Source: a virus (Duplodnaviria > Caudoviricetes). From it: a stretch of 56,613 nt of DNA. The stretch lies in IMG/VR virus record IMGVR_UViG_3300017769_000011, positions 1 through 56,613 of that record; one strand, written 5' to 3'. Under the pieces are notes generated by a model that was given only the letters and a program-made list of their open reading frames with translations, was not told where the DNA came from and ran no database searches. A program made the translations under genes and the position numbers. Each line of letters starts with the position of its first letter. Position 1 is the stretch's first letter. Below, one piece after another: positions 1-7,999 of this stretch.

Positions 1-1
1 A

Positions 2-250
2 CCAAAGAAACATAAATGTCAGTTCTCTTGGTATTGTGATGGACTTTCAGATGAACCAAGAGTAGGAACGCCTTGGGAGAAGTCTAAGAAGGTTGCTGAG
101 AATTTACTTGCGAATGATACACATCGAGGATTGACTGAGGGTGCAACACATTACCATGCACACTATGTCAAACCATACTGGGCTGTTGATGATGGTATGC
201 ATCTTGTAGGAACGATTGGAGAACACATATTTTATAGGTGGGATAGATGA
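2..250 (+). CDS. Cell wall hydrolase, SleB/Hydrolase_2 family (3' part, truncated by window start)
   Basis: Frame 2 reads PKKHKCQFSWYCDGLSDEP...GATHYHAHYVKPYWA...IGEHIFYRWDR*; QFSW, GATHYH and HIFY are SleB-family motifs. Confidence 0.85.
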   Translation, partial: PKKHKCQFSWYCDGLSDEPRVGTPWEKSKKVAENLLANDTHRGLTEGATHYHAHYVKPYWAVDDGMHLVGTIGEHIFYRWDR

Positions 251-1665
251 TACTAAACAGAGAGATACTAAGACCAAATTTTATTTGTCGAACTAATCAG
301 TTTGACCACGTTCCTGATATGAATCGAAGAGAGTTCTGTGAACGCATTGACAAGTGGAAGTCTTTTCTTGTAAACGAAGGTAGACTAAGAAAAGGAGACA
401 TTGTTCTCAATTCATTTATCTTTGGAGATACTGACCATTATGCCTTGTTCTTTGCATGTGCGGAACTTGGTATTCAAACATGGTGTGGAAACTATCCTTA
501 CAATAATCCACTCCTTGATTGCACTACACTTGCGAAAGTTAAGTTTGATGCAATCTTTACGAATATCATGGCAAAGACCTTCTATGGTAATAGTGAGATT
601 TTTGATTTCACTGAGAAGATGATGGAAAGAAACAGAGGTAAGATATTCTTTCAAGAAGAGATTGACATTGCAAACTATGATAAAGAGTGTTTATACTCAC
701 CCTTTGTTCATCTAGACGATATATTACATGTCACACACACCTCTGGTTATTCGGGAGATGATTACAAGTTTTCATACTTGACTCACAGACAGGCAATGGG
801 TCTTGGATACAGAAACGCAGATGCACTTGGTATCAGAGATACACTTGCACTTCACACTAACAATATTCATCATGCTCGTGCATTGACGACATACTTCTTA
901 CCTGCAATCATGACTTGTGATGAACATCTGTTCTATAATCTACCAAACAATACCGACTACTGGCCTGAAGATATGGTCAAGTGTCTGGAGAAGGATTTGG
1001 CAAGGGAAGAGAGAAAAGTTGTTCTTGCACAGAGTGATTTGGTTTTAGATAAACTTCAGGATTTTACTTGTTCTAATACTAAGTTTTTACTTCATCGAGG
1101 AAAACAAAAACTTCGAAACGTTCCTGTAACGACAATCTTTGGTGAAACAGATGGCCCCCATGCGTTGTTTATCAATGGTCGTCTTGTTGATGATTATTAC
1201 AAGGTTCAGATTATGGATGATGGAACAACTCTGGTCAAGAGTCGAGATTGCAAATCATGGCATATGCTTGACGAGAAGTTTGAGGAACAAGATGGTGAGT
1301 ATCATATCATTGGAAGACAGTCAGAACATTCCGACACAGAGTATCTCAGAGATATATTAGGTCATGACGACTTTGAAATTGTAACCAAGTATGGACGAAA
1401 GTATCTGATTATACTAGATGACAATTGGGGAACACGATATGGGATTGATGATTTACCTGATGGTGTCTTTGATTTTGATTTCACAAGTATACACACTATA
1501 AATCCTAATGCCTATACATCTGATGAGACAAGACAGTGGTGGGCTCTCAAAGAACACTTGTATCGTTCTGGTTTTGATAATAAGTCTTTTGAGATGTTTG
1601 AAGAAAGTCGTATCAAGGGAACAGATAATCTTGATAAAATCATTGACAATACACGATATCTATGA
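247..1665 (+). CDS. Degenerate AMP-binding (ANL/adenylate-forming) superfamily protein
   Basis: LRKGDIV and FFACAELG segments, HTSGYSG resembling the TSG(S/T)TG A3 loop, FGETD resembling YGxTE; paralog of 6662..7999. Confidence 0.6.
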   Translation: MILNREILRPNFICRTNQFDHVPDMNRREFCERIDKWKSFLVNEGRLRKGDIVLNSFIFGDTDHYALFFACAELGIQTWCGNYPYNNPLLDCTTLAKVKFDAIFTNIMAKTFYGNSEIFDFTEKMMERNRGKIFFQEEIDIANYDKECLYSPFVHLDDILHVTHTSGYSGDDYKFSYLTHRQAMGLGYRNADALGIRDTLALHTNNIHHARALTTYFLPAIMTCDEHLFYNLPNNTDYWPEDMVKCLEKDLAREERKVVLAQSDLVLDKLQDFTCSNTKFLLHRGKQKLRNVPVTTIFGETDGPHALFINGRLVDDYYKVQIMDDGTTLVKSRDCKSWHMLDEKFEEQDGEYHIIGRQSEHSDTEYLRDILGHDDFEIVTKYGRKYLIILDDNWGTRYGIDDLPDGVFDFDFTSIHTINPNAYTSDETRQWWALKEHLYRSGFDNKSFEMFEESRIKGTDNLDKIIDNTRYL

Positions 1666-1671
1666 TATAAT
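1643..1671 (+). promoter_or_regulatory. sigma70-type promoter
   Basis: TTGACA-N17-TATAAT with extended TG, overlapping the end of the upstream CDS. Confidence 0.8.
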
Positions 1672-1696
1672 ACACAGATATAAAATGGAGAATATT

Positions 1697-1978
1697 ATGA
1701 ATGCAGACTGGAAAACAATGTCAAAATATGAATATGATAAAGTAGTTAATACACTGAGAGAGAATATAGTCAAACTTTCTTTCGTCAAAGTCAAAGATGG
1801 TCAGGTTCGCAACATGCGGGCTACTTTGGACTCAAGGTTTATTCCAGAGGACAAACGACCAACTACCACACTTGAACCCAATGAAAAGAAAGAGACCGTT
1901 CGTGTCTATGACTTGGATGTGGAAGGTTGGCGTTCGTTTCGTGTGAATAGTCTACAGACATTTGACGCAATAGTCTAA
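1697..1978 (+). CDS. SH3-fold WYL_2/DUF2693-like phage protein
   Basis: FVKVKDGQVRNMRATL and YDLDVEGWRSFR motifs; start moved to ATG 1697 after GGAG and the promoter. Confidence 0.7.
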   Translation: MNADWKTMSKYEYDKVVNTLRENIVKLSFVKVKDGQVRNMRATLDSRFIPEDKRPTTTLEPNEKKETVRVYDLDVEGWRSFRVNSLQTFDAIV

Positions 1979-2286
1979 TGAGTAAGATTGACTATAAGTA
2001 TAATGAGTTGAAACTCATCAAGGAATTAGTTGATTATGTCAACTCAACCTATGATGAACATTACTCTCAAAACAAGTATCAGGCGACTGAGTTCATCATT
2101 GATGCTGGTCATGGAGAGGGTTTCACTCTAGGAAACATTTTGAAATATACTCAACGATATGGTAAGAAGGCTGGAAAGAATCGTGCTGACTTACTCAAGG
2201 TTTTACACTATGCGTTGATTGCTTTACACGTTCACGATATGGAGAATGAAAATGGAATGGATTTCACGAGACAGCAGACGGACTGA
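1978..2286 (+). CDS. DUF3310-like (T7 gp1.7 nucleotide kinase-like) protein
   Basis: HY, GFTLGNILKY..RYGKK and DLLK..HY motifs. Confidence 0.7.
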   Translation: MSKIDYKYNELKLIKELVDYVNSTYDEHYSQNKYQATEFIIDAGHGEGFTLGNILKYTQRYGKKAGKNRADLLKVLHYALIALHVHDMENENGMDFTRQQTD

Positions 2287-2518
2287 GAAACTTGTAAGAC
2301 GAGGTTTGTCCTACATCATGGGAGAACTCACGATGTGGGGTGAAAAATATTCGGGTGGTGGTTCAGTTCCCAAGTCTGTCAAAAGACGAGTCAATCGTTT
2401 GATGAATGCGAGAAAGATTTATCTGGAACGCAAAGAAGTCAAGGACTCTATTCCCCAAAGCGAACTTGATAAAAAAATCGCAGAGTATGAGAATAAAGAC
2501 TTGACATCTACTGCATAG
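2252..2518 (+). CDS. Hypothetical protein
   Basis: Basic ORF with GGAG upstream, overlapping the previous gene; start could be 2246 or 2252. Confidence 0.55.
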   Translation: MEWISRDSRRTEKLVRRGLSYIMGELTMWGEKYSGGGSVPKSVKRRVNRLMNARKIYLERKEVKDSIPQSELDKKIAEYENKDLTSTA

Positions 2519-2529
2519 TATGATACTAT
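2501..2529 (+). promoter_or_regulatory. sigma70-type promoter upstream of the candidate small RNA and tRNA-Gly
   Basis: TTGACA-N17-TACTAT with extended TG. Confidence 0.7.
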
Positions 2530-2537
2530 AAAAATAA

Positions 2538-2609
2538 TGATGAAAATTTAGGTTGGTTGGCCTACAGTGAAGTTCTCAGTATGAGTGTAGGGATACAAGT
2601 TTTTCATCA
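2538..2609 (+). ncRNA. Candidate structured small RNA
   Basis: Nested stems TGATGAAAA/TTTTCATCA, CCTACA/TGTAGG and CTCA/TGAG; begins at the predicted TSS, ends just before the tRNA; no ORF. Confidence 0.4.
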
Positions 2610-2615
2610 ATCAAT

Positions 2616-2689
2616 GCGGATGTAGCATAATGGTAATGCACTGGATTTCCAATCCATTGATGAAAGTTCGATTCTTTCCATCCGCTCCA
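2616..2689 (+). tRNA. tRNA-Gly (TCC)
   Basis: Acceptor stem GCGGATG/CATCCGC, D-arm GCAT/ATGC, anticodon loop TTTCCAA, T-arm GAAAG-TTCGATT-CTTTC, encoded CCA. Confidence 0.93.
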
Positions 2690-2710
2690 TTATTTGAAAG
2701 GCAAAATGAT

Positions 2711-2935
2711 ATGGATAATTTTACAAAATCAACTCTTCTTATGTTTCTAATAATCGCTTTATTAATTGGTTATGTTTTTGGTTTTAAAATAGGAATAGAC
2801 AAAGGTGCTGAAGAAGCTTCTTCACTTTGTTATGAGGAGTCTCTCGATGCAGACCTTGAATTTCTCAAGATTGAACGCATGATAGATTTATTTTTCGATA
2901 AAGCAGTAGAGTTCAAAAATGCAACGGGTGGGTAA
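2711..2935 (+). CDS. Hypothetical membrane protein
   Basis: N-terminal hydrophobic helix; start moved downstream of the tRNA. Confidence 0.55.
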   Translation: MDNFTKSTLLMFLIIALLIGYVFGFKIGIDKGAEEASSLCYEESLDADLEFLKIERMIDLFFDKAVEFKNATGG

Positions 2936-3125
2936 ATCACATAAAGCATCTGGTGCTGAAAACATGCAACAGATGAAGACTACGTTGTTCTTCAAGGCAT
3001 GTAAAGAAGTTCTTGAAGAATATGGTCATGAGGATGCGGCATTCTACTTCGAGCAAGTGGAGACACACATGCGAAGTGGTGGTAGTCTTGATGCTAACAA
3101 GGCTGGCAATATCCTTGGTGTATAA
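2919..3125 (+). CDS. Hypothetical protein
   Basis: 68-aa ORF with phage-like codon usage filling the gap before the tmRNA. Confidence 0.6.
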   Translation: MQRVGKSHKASGAENMQQMKTTLFFKACKEVLEEYGHEDAAFYFEQVETHMRSGGSLDANKAGNILGV

Positions 3126-3128
3126 ATA
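3121..3128 (+). promoter_or_regulatory. T4-type late promoter upstream of the tmRNA
   Basis: TATAAATA. Confidence 0.7.
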
Positions 3129-3134
3129 AAAGTA

Positions 3135-3375
3135 TTCGTTGAAGCAAACCAAAAGGTATACTGGACGTGGGTGCAATACCCACCGCCTCCACCAAACCCC
3201 CTCTGAGGGGGCGAAATAGGTTCGACAGGTATTGATTAGGAATGTGGAGAATAGGTGTGGAAGCGACCTTAATCGTAACAAACTCGTAAGTGCAAACGAT
3301 AATTACGCACATGAAGAGTATGCGCTAGCCGCATAGTTTTCGGGGTCAGGGGACGCCTAGCAACAGAAGTCCTCA
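3135..3375 (+). ncRNA. ssrA: Circularly permuted (two-piece) tmRNA, tag ANDNYAHEEYALAA
   Basis: 3' acceptor part GTGGGTGCAATACCCACCGCCTCCACCA (ends 3194) precedes the 5' part GGGGGCGAAATAGGTTCGAC (3207); G3.U70 pair; tag frame 3292..3336; outer ends approximate. Confidence 0.93.
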
Positions 3376-3394
3376 CTTTTTATTAGGAGATACT

Positions 3395-3832
3395 ATGATT
3401 AGATTTATTACATTATTTGTGGCGTTAGCATTCACTACGCCAGCATATGCAGAAGAAACAATTATTGAAATGTTGAATAAACGAGACGATGGCGCTCGTA
3501 TGGTATATTCAGAAGATGTCACATACATTAATGCAGGCGACACAATCAAATGGTTGCCTACCGCCAAAGGCCATAATGTTGAGTTTATTGCAGGGCCAGA
3601 AGGTTATGAATTACCCAAACGTTCTAAGTTCAATAAAGAAGTCTCATTGACATTCGATGTGCCTGGCGTATATTTGTATCAATGCACACCCCATAAAAGT
3701 ATGGGTATGATTGCACTTGTTGTTGTTGGTAATGATACATCAAATTTGACACAAGTTGCGGCGACTAAAGTATTTGGTGGTAGTAAGAAGAAGTTACAAA
3801 CTCTTGCCGCTGGAGTATCTTTAGGCAATTAA
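3395..3832 (+). CDS. Pseudoazurin-like type-1 copper protein with signal peptide
   Basis: Signal peptide ending AYA; EMLN, GDT, GHNV and YLYQCTPHKSMGM give the His/Cys/His/Met ligands; AGGAG RBS. Confidence 0.88.
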   Translation: MIRFITLFVALAFTTPAYAEETIIEMLNKRDDGARMVYSEDVTYINAGDTIKWLPTAKGHNVEFIAGPEGYELPKRSKFNKEVSLTFDVPGVYLYQCTPHKSMGMIALVVVGNDTSNLTQVAATKVFGGSKKKLQTLAAGVSLGN

Positions 3833-3875
3833 TCCTCTATTCTCTGTGTTTTCTGTGGATAAACGAATCATTTCT

Positions 3876-3883
3876 TATAAATA
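3876..3883 (+). promoter_or_regulatory. T4-type late promoter
   Basis: TATAAATA upstream of ORF 3900. Confidence 0.7.
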
Positions 3884-3899
3884 GGAATGAGAGAGTTAC

Positions 3900-4388
3900 A
3901 TGGAAGGCACAGGGATGGAGCCAATATCAACAGCGTTAACTGGTATAGCGTTGTTTCAAAAGTCAGTGGAATTTATAAAATCAAATTTAAATACAGCAAA
4001 CGACATTCGTGATATAGCATCCGCTGTTGACACGATGTTCGCTGGTGAGAAACAAATACAAAAAGAAAGATTTGGTAATAAATCCATTATAGGTCAAACC
4101 AAAGATGCGGCATCTTCAGTCATTGATGCCAAACTGGCTAAGGAACAAATGGACGAGTTAGCTATACTAATCGATAATCGCTTCGGTTATGGAACATGGC
4201 GCCAGATTGTAGACGAAAGAGCAAAACGTTTACAAGAAGAAAAGATGCGTGAAAAAGAGGAACGTGCAGCCGCTATTCGCAAGAGACAAAAGCTGATGAA
4301 AGATATTAAGACCATAGGGATTGTCAGTAGTATCATGTTTGGAGTTGTAATGGTTATAGTAATAGGATTAATCGTATGGATTGGGTAA
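3900..4388 (+). CDS. Hypothetical protein with coiled coil and C-terminal TM anchor
   Basis: Charged helix followed by a hydrophobic C-terminus; start may be 3915 (MEPIST). Confidence 0.65.
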   Translation: MEGTGMEPISTALTGIALFQKSVEFIKSNLNTANDIRDIASAVDTMFAGEKQIQKERFGNKSIIGQTKDAASSVIDAKLAKEQMDELAILIDNRFGYGTWRQIVDERAKRLQEEKMREKEERAAAIRKRQKLMKDIKTIGIVSSIMFGVVMVIVIGLIVWIG

Positions 4389-4501
4389 CAGCAGATTTAA
4401 TTGATGCTATGAACAACACAAGTTGGTTTGATGGTATCGGAACAATAGTCGTATTGTTACTTGCATATGCGGCATACAGATGGATAAAGAAAAATGTTTG
4501 A
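4376..4501 (+). CDS. Small membrane protein (41 aa; not in ORF track)
   Basis: MDWVTADLIDAMNNTSWFDGIGTIVVLLLAYAAYRWIKKNV; overlaps both neighbours. Confidence 0.55.
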   Translation: MDWVTADLIDAMNNTSWFDGIGTIVVLLLAYAAYRWIKKNV

Positions 4502-4754
4502 AGGTCTTTTATTCGCTTCAACACTTAACATGATGACTTGCAATCTGAAAAGTGGTAAGATTGAAGATGTGGGAACAAGTCAGAATCCTATGTATCAGAG
4601 AGTTTGCGAATACATATGTCAGGACTTCTCAAAGGTATTTCAGAACACAAGCAAAGAATATCAGTGTCCACCTATTCTTCACGAGAGAGTAGAGAGACCT
4701 AAACCTAAATCTATCTACAAAGGTAGTGGCCCAAACTTTTGGCAAAAAAAGTAA
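4494..4754 (+). CDS. Small 4-Cys protein, possibly exported
   Basis: C-x21-CxYxC-x15-CP pattern shared with 32702..32917. Confidence 0.55.
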   Translation: MFEGLLFASTLNMMTCNLKSGKIEDVGTSQNPMYQRVCEYICQDFSKVFQNTSKEYQCPPILHERVERPKPKSIYKGSGPNFWQKK

Positions 4755-4763
4755 AAATAATGC

Positions 4764-4792
4764 TTGACAATTCCTTCTTGTTATGATAATAT
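4764..4792 (+). promoter_or_regulatory. sigma70-type early promoter
   Basis: TTGACA-N17-TAATAT with A-rich UP element. Confidence 0.75.
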
Positions 4793-4822
4793 GATTATAT
4801 TGTTTGATAAATTGAAAGGAAA

Positions 4823-5086
4823 ATGATTATGATTTCATCAACATTAAAACAGGAACTCCTCTCCTTGTCTTCTTTTGAAGAACTAAATGAGGTAATGAAG
4901 TTTGCACAAGATGCACTCTCATTGAAAAACAAAGTCAACATCAATCTTGGTGACGAAGTTTATATCGTTCGTAAGAATGGAAAAACTCTTGGCACTGTTG
5001 AAAAAGTAAACCAGAAAAAAGCGATTATTAAAATCTATGATGGTCAACGTTACAGCGTTCCATTCACAATGTTGGAGGCTGCATAA
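4823..5086 (+). CDS. Small SH3/KOW-like early protein
   Basis: LGDEVYI...GTVEKVNQKKAII...YSVP; AAAGGA RBS; ends EAA. Confidence 0.6.
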   Translation: MIMISSTLKQELLSLSSFEELNEVMKFAQDALSLKNKVNINLGDEVYIVRKNGKTLGTVEKVNQKKAIIKIYDGQRYSVPFTMLEAA

Positions 5087-6036
5087 TGGCTCATCAGGTA
5101 GAAACAATGGCATACGCAGGGGAAGTTCCGTGGCATGGCCTCGGTGTCCCTGTCTCAAATGACCTAACACCTCAACAGATGCAACAGAAGGCAGGTCTTG
5201 ACTGGACAGTCGAGAAACAAGACCTTGTGACTGCATCTGGTGCAAAGGTCGATGGTAAACAAGCACTGGTTCGCACATCTGATAACAAAGTTTTAGATGT
5301 TATTGGTAAAGGTTGGAATCCAGTTCAGAATGATGAGGCGTTTGACTTCTTCTCTGAGTATGTTCTTGCAGGTGATATGGAAATGAACACCGCAGGTTCA
5401 CTTAGGGATGGTAACATGGTCTGGGCTCTTGCGAAAGTAAAGGACTCCTTCACTATTCTTGGTGAAGACCAAGTTGACTCTTATCTCTTGTTTTCAAATC
5501 CACACCAATATGGTAAAGCAATTGATGTTCGGTTCACACCTATTCGTGTGGTCTGTAACAACACACTTTCTTTGTCACTTGGTCAAAAGGTAGAAAAGTC
5601 TGTATCTTTGAACCACCGCACACAGTTCAATCCTGACTCTGTAAAAGAGACATTGGGTATTGCGTCTGAAAAATTCCAACTATATAGAGAGACTGCCGAG
5701 TTTCTTTCAACCAAGAGGTTTACAGTGGAATCACTCGTTCAATACTACAATGAGGTCTTTCCTCGCACCTATCAAGGTAAGAAGGAAATCTCTGTCAAGG
5801 ACTTTACTGACTTGTCTTCTAATGGACAGAAAGCGTATGAAGTTCTGGATACTCAGCCAGGCGCACAGTTTGGTGAGGGAACATGGTGGCAAGCACTGAA
5901 TAGTGTCACCTATCTGACCGACCACCAACTTGGTCGTGAGGCAGACACACGTTTGACCTCTGCATGGTTCGGTGCAAACCAATCACGCAAAGTGAAAGCA
6001 GTTGAGAAAGCAGTGGAGTATGCGAACGCTGTTTAA
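5086..6036 (+). CDS. DUF932/DUF945 family phage/plasmid protein
   Basis: PWHGLG, AGLDW, PVQN.EAF, AGSL..G..VW, TPIRVVCNNTL and GTWW.A.N.VT...DH motifs. Confidence 0.85.
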   Translation: MAHQVETMAYAGEVPWHGLGVPVSNDLTPQQMQQKAGLDWTVEKQDLVTASGAKVDGKQALVRTSDNKVLDVIGKGWNPVQNDEAFDFFSEYVLAGDMEMNTAGSLRDGNMVWALAKVKDSFTILGEDQVDSYLLFSNPHQYGKAIDVRFTPIRVVCNNTLSLSLGQKVEKSVSLNHRTQFNPDSVKETLGIASEKFQLYRETAEFLSTKRFTVESLVQYYNEVFPRTYQGKKEISVKDFTDLSSNGQKAYEVLDTQPGAQFGEGTWWQALNSVTYLTDHQLGREADTRLTSAWFGANQSRKVKAVEKAVEYANAV

Positions 6037-6172
6037 TCTCATAAATCGTTGGAGAGGGGTGTTCTTTGAACACCCTGACCCAATCGAAGAAAATATCGGA
6101 GAAGATGTAAGACCACATTGGGTTATGTCTACTCAAGATAAATATCGTTCGCAGGAAGAAGAAGAGTTCTAA
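6020..6172 (+). CDS. Small hypothetical protein (50 aa; not in ORF track)
   Basis: MRTLFNLINRWRGVFFEHPDPIEE...EEEEF*; its stop overlaps the next ATG (TAATG). Confidence 0.45.
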   Translation: MRTLFNLINRWRGVFFEHPDPIEENIGEDVRPHWVMSTQDKYRSQEEEEF

Positions 6173-6708
6173 TGTTTAATCAAATACCAAATGTGACCTT
6201 CCAAACAAGAGTTCGAGACGACAGTTTGTTTGGAGATAATCCCTTTCGATGGGAAGAAGTAACAACCGATGAACTATGGGGAAAAGGACGACACATCGTC
6301 TTTAGTTTGCCTGGCGCATACACTCCAACCTGTTCCACCTATCAACTACCAGATTATGAAAAGATGACCGCCGATGGCGAGTTTGCGAAGTTTGGTATCG
6401 ATACAGTAAATTGTATTTCCGTCAATGATGCGTTTGTCATGAACTGTTGGGGACGTGACCAAGGTATCGAAAATATTCGATTGATTCCTGATGGCTCAGG
6501 CACATTTACTCGTCAGATGGGTATGCTTGTTGATAAAGATAATCTTGGTTTTGGAATGCGTTCATGGCGATATGCGATGATTATCGATAATGGTTTCATT
6601 GAAACATTCTTACCCGAAGAAGGATTTATTGACAATTGTCCTGAAGACCCTTATGGAGAATCTAGTCCTCAGAATGTATTGGATATTTTGTCGGAGAATA
6701 ATCTTTAG
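6172..6708 (+). CDS. Peroxiredoxin, Prx5/redoxin type
   Basis: FSLPGAYTPTCS, SVNDAFVM, PDG.G.FT, GFG.RSWRY. Confidence 0.92.
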   Translation: MFNQIPNVTFQTRVRDDSLFGDNPFRWEEVTTDELWGKGRHIVFSLPGAYTPTCSTYQLPDYEKMTADGEFAKFGIDTVNCISVNDAFVMNCWGRDQGIENIRLIPDGSGTFTRQMGMLVDKDNLGFGMRSWRYAMIIDNGFIETFLPEEGFIDNCPEDPYGESSPQNVLDILSENNL

Positions 6709-7999
6709 ATAGAATAAATCGACTTGCATGGTTTGAGACCAATTGTAATATTGCGACTCTTTGGTGCAAGTCTTTTTCTATCTGTTGACACAACAACTCT
6801 GTTTCATGTCCTCGAAGTTGTTCCATATTGATTTTGGTGTCCTGCATAAATGGTGTTAGGTCAATGTCGTCTGGTAGATTTAACTTTCGAGGTTCGATAA
6901 AGAACTGGTCATCAATCATATATAAATCATCTTCGATATATCTTGGTTTGTCCCACAATTCACACATAATCTCTTTACCATCAAATTCATAGAAGTCATC
7001 TGGTAAGACTCCAAGACCATTCTCTTTGACCACACTATTCTCATCAACAAAGTTTACAAGTAAAGGAATGGCCGTATCGATTGAACCATAATGAGAATGA
7101 AACTTTACATTATATTCTCGTGTAAGGTCGGCAAAAGATTGGTCGAGTGCAAATCCACACATATTGATATTGACAGTTCGTTTGAATGGCCCTGAGAATG
7201 ATTCAAGAAAGTTCATCAGTTCTGCCTTGTTTGGTATCATAATGTGTGAGGGTGGATACTGAAGTAGGTCATGAAGTCCCTGCATCATATCTTCATTTTC
7301 TTCTTGACTGAGGTCATGACCTATTGCAAATGACCCGTGGACATGCGCTTTCATCAAGGCAGGTAAGAGTGATGTAAGTAAAGCAGATGCGTGATGTAAG
7401 TTTCTAGAATGAATGACCTTTGAATCGGACTTGAACTCAAATACATCTACATTGCGTTTCGATATTTCATATACCTCTTTGTGTGAAAACAAGATTGGTC
7501 GAGAGGGTTTTGTTGAACCACTAGTAGAAGATAAAAGAAATGGGTCAGTCGGTTCTATCGAGACATTGTAAGTCTGTTCAGGCCAGTGACCATTCTTATC
7601 TAGTTGAGGTGTCTTTCTTACATCAATTGATTTGCCACCATATAGTCTTATCATCTTATCGTGTAGACCATCATATATCCCTGACATGTCTAATGAGGAG
7701 TCGTAGATAAAATAATCAGATGGGCCGTGTAGTGCAAGTTTCGTATATGGAAGGGACAATTCAGTAGCAGGACTATCTAGAATAATTATTTTAAGACCAA
7801 GTTCTGCACATGCGAAGATAGATGCGACATGATAAGTTGAAACAGGTAAAATTGATATTGTAATGAGGTCACCTTTTTTTGCACCTCGGTCTGTGAGAAG
7901 TGCCTTGACCTTATCAATTTTTACACATATTTCAGATTTACTTTCGTTGTCAAAAATAATATCATCAACTATGATACTACGATTTAATGTGTTTTGCAT
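6662..7999 (-). CDS. Degenerate AMP-binding (ANL) superfamily protein
   Basis: GAKKGD, IFACAELGL, SSTSGST (A3 loop), HYGSID; paralog of 247..1665. Confidence 0.62.
   Translation of the reverse strand: MQNTLNRSIIVDDIIFDNESKSEICVKIDKVKALLTDRGAKKGDLITISILPVSTYHVASIFACAELGLKIIILDSPATELSLPYTKLALHGPSDYFIYDSSLDMSGIYDGLHDKMIRLYGGKSIDVRKTPQLDKNGHWPEQTYNVSIEPTDPFLLSSTSGSTKPSRPILFSHKEVYEISKRNVDVFEFKSDSKVIHSRNLHHASALLTSLLPALMKAHVHGSFAIGHDLSQEENEDMMQGLHDLLQYPPSHIMIPNKAELMNFLESFSGPFKRTVNINMCGFALDQSFADLTREYNVKFHSHYGSIDTAIPLLVNFVDENSVVKENGLGVLPDDFYEFDGKEIMCELWDKPRYIEDDLYMIDDQFFIEPRKLNLPDDIDLTPFMQDTKINMEQLRGHETELLCQQIEKDLHQRVAILQLVSNHASRFILSKDYSPTKYPIHSED

Noticed and set aside
2538-2609. Possible hammerhead or HDV-like ribozyme next to the tRNA
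   Set aside because: It lacks the CUGANGA...GAAA core arrangement and lies 5' rather than 3' of the tRNA; kept only as a generic ncRNA candidate
2630-2710. N-terminal extension of ORF 2630..2935
   Set aside because: It overlaps tRNA-Gly; the real start is most likely ATG 2711
2937-3312. Minus-strand ORFs of 114 and 72 aa
   Set aside because: They are antisense to the tmRNA and a plus-strand gene and have no RBS or protein motifs, so they are shadow ORFs
6057-6075. Hairpin GGGTGTTC-TTT-GAACACCC as a terminator
   Set aside because: No U-tract follows and it lies inside a plausible 50-aa ORF coupled to the peroxiredoxin
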